From assembly GCA_025340205.1 (NCBI GenBank), contig CP006868.1:1140001-1172000 (forward strand): a stretch of 32,000 bases of DNA. Direction: 5' to 3'. Positions 30,755 through 32,000 of the stretch are shown one piece after another (the stretch's first letter is position 1; every line of letters starts with the position of its first letter). The notes beneath the pieces were generated by a model. It was not told the DNA's origin, ran no database searches, and saw only the letters and a program-made list of their open reading frames with translations. The position numbers and the translations under genes were made by a program. Origin of the DNA: Ignicoccus pacificus DSM 13166. GTDB lineage: Archaea > Thermoproteota > Thermoprotei_A > Sulfolobales > Ignicoccaceae.

Positions 30755-32000
30755 TCCCTAATTCTATCAATGAGAAATTTCTTCCTTTTGAGACAACCCT
30801 CAGCTTGCTCAGCCTGGGAACCAATATCCTGGGCCTCTCCCCCAAGTACATTCTCCAGATGTCGCTCACTACCACAGCGATCTCATCTCCCCTTCTGACC
30901 CAGAGGTAGGCGTAGGGCATCAAGAAGTACTGCTTCAAGGGAGAGCCCAGAAAGGTCACCTTGGAGGGGTCCTCCCTCGCCCACCTGGCGACCATGTTTT
31001 GAACTTCCGGGAGCTCTTCATCCCTTATCGCTAGCATTTGCTTCGAGTCCTTGAGGGGAGGGTGGACAACCTCCTTCCCCTTTATCGAGTCGAGGGGAAA
31101 GCTCAGCCTCCTCATAACCTTGGATCCCACCTCAACCACATCCTTCCCCTCAACGAGTTCACTTGAGAGAACGTTCAAGAACATCATGAGGGTTGGATCG
31201 ATCAAGACCGGAACCGCCTTTAAGTTCTCAGATCTTACCAAAGCTAACTTAATTTCAGTTATGTGGAAGAACACCTTCTTTCCCAATAGCTCCCAGTCGC
31301 CGAGCTCTACCGCTTTCTCCCAACCCTCCGGAACCCTCACAGCTTCAAACCTCCCCTCGGGGAAGGAGTACTCCCTCGCCAAGCCCTTCAGCTGGCTTAA
31401 ACTGTTTATCTTAGTAAAGAACAGCTTTACGTCTCTTCCCTTTGTATACCTTAAGACGATAGAAGTCCTCGGAGCTCCGAGCCTCTTGCAGAGCTTCTTC
31501 AAAATGTCGAGAACTTCCGAGGGCCACGTGGAGGGAGGCCACTCGGAGCAGTCCTTCACGATCTTTTCCATCTCCTTCGAGGGCACTAATTCCAGCTTTC
31601 CAAGAGTCCTCGCTATCCTTATCGAGTGATATCTAAGGATCTCCCCCTTTCCGAGCCTTCCGAACTTGTCGTTGGAGAGTATCAAGTTGAAGCCTTCCAA
31701 GTTATAGAATAAAAGCTCTATAGCCTCGTCGACCTCGTTGGATCCACTATCCCCATCAAGCTCTATAATTTCAGAAACCTTCATTTTCTCCTTTACTTCC
31801 TTCAGAAAAGGAACGCGGTTGTTCCTCTTAGAGTAAACTACTATGACCCTTCCGTACTTCCCGAGCTCTTCTAGGACTTGGAGAGCTGTTGAGGGATCCT
31901 CGATCGCGTTCAAGACGTTTGGGAGATCCACCAAGAAGTTTATCCTTACGCGCCCCCATAAGGAGATCAAGAACGAGCTCAAGGAGCTGCTAAAGCTCAC
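30657..32000 (-). CDS. NYN/LabA-like (PIN-related) domain protein with a large uncharacterised C-terminal region; the 5' end is at or beyond the window edge
   Basis: RVRINFLVDLPNVLNAIED ... GRVIVVYSK ... VDEAIELLFYNLEGFNLILSNDKFGRL fits the NYN layout (D..N ... D ... S.D..F). The frame is open to base 32000. The 3' end overlaps the convergent MBL gene by 98 nt. Confidence 0.5.
   Translation of the reverse strand: MSFSSSLSSFLISLWGRVRINFLVDLPNVLNAIEDPSTALQVLEELGKYGRVIVVYSKRNNRVPFLKEVKEKMKVSEIIELDGDSGSNEVDEAIELLFYNLEGFNLILSNDKFGRLGKGEILRYHSIRIARTLGKLELVPSKEMEKIVKDCSEWPPSTWPSEVLDILKKLCKRLGAPRTSIVLRYTKGRDVKLFFTKINSLSQLKGLAREYSFPEGRFEAVRVPEGWEKAVELGDWELLGKKVFFHITEIKLALVRSENLKAVPVLIDPTLMMFLNVLSSELVEGKDVVEVGSKVMRRLSFPLDSIKGKEVVHPPLKDSKQMLAIRDEELPEVQNMVARWAREDPSKVTFLGSPLKQYFLMPYAYLWVRRGDEIAVVVSDIWRMYLGERPRILVPRLSKLRVVSKGRNFSLIELGIRARRRPPVLPRDRHLRAPSLRGTELSVRCSG

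Overview
The window appears to be archaeal chromosome, probably from a hyperthermophile. Supporting signs are E/K/R/L/V-rich proteins, AGG/AGA arginine codons, an archaeal/eukaryal-type ProRS, class III (prepilin-like) signal peptides, an archaeo-eukaryotic primase fold, and TATA-like boxes about 26 nt upstream of leaderless starts. Everything here comes from reading the sequence and ORF translations; no database search was possible. Layout: (i) 1-3.7 kb holds a methyltransferase, two tandem pilin-like genes behind an Arch_ATPase/DUF234 gene, and a CBS protein. (ii) 3.7-10.2 kb is a translationally coupled minus-strand operon for a Tat-exported, Cys-type, FdnGHI-like membrane formate dehydrogenase with FdhE, FdhD and a 45-aa micro-ORF. 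(iii) About 11-20.2 kb is a lower-GC accessory island. It carries an OLD/AAA_15-like ABC ATPase with a small partner gene, a graveyard of frameshifted HEPN/MNT and HTH/RelE toxin-antitoxin genes, and a secreted beta-propeller. It also carries two identical inverted IS6-family copies bracketing an RHH gene, a 407-aa tail-anchored unknown and a frameshifted relE, followed by a split PaREP1-like gene. (iv) 20.2-23.2 kb has divergent proS and pheS. (v) 23.2-29.5 kb is a plus-strand gene string: CE4 deacetylase-like, Csa3-like CARF-wHTH, SLOG/LOG-like, degenerate ABC-type ATPase, PriS-like primase-polymerase, a deviant ParA-like ATPase and a putative DNA-binding partner. (vi) 29.5-32 kb has a small unknown gene, an MBL-fold hydrolase and a partial NYN-domain protein. 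No rRNA, tRNA or CRISPR array was seen. The best candidate for an undescribed system is the Csa3-like/SLOG/ATPase/AEP operon (24.5-27.8 kb). Next are the ATPase+partner pair (11.1-12.8 kb) and the IS-bracketed RHH+407-aa cargo.
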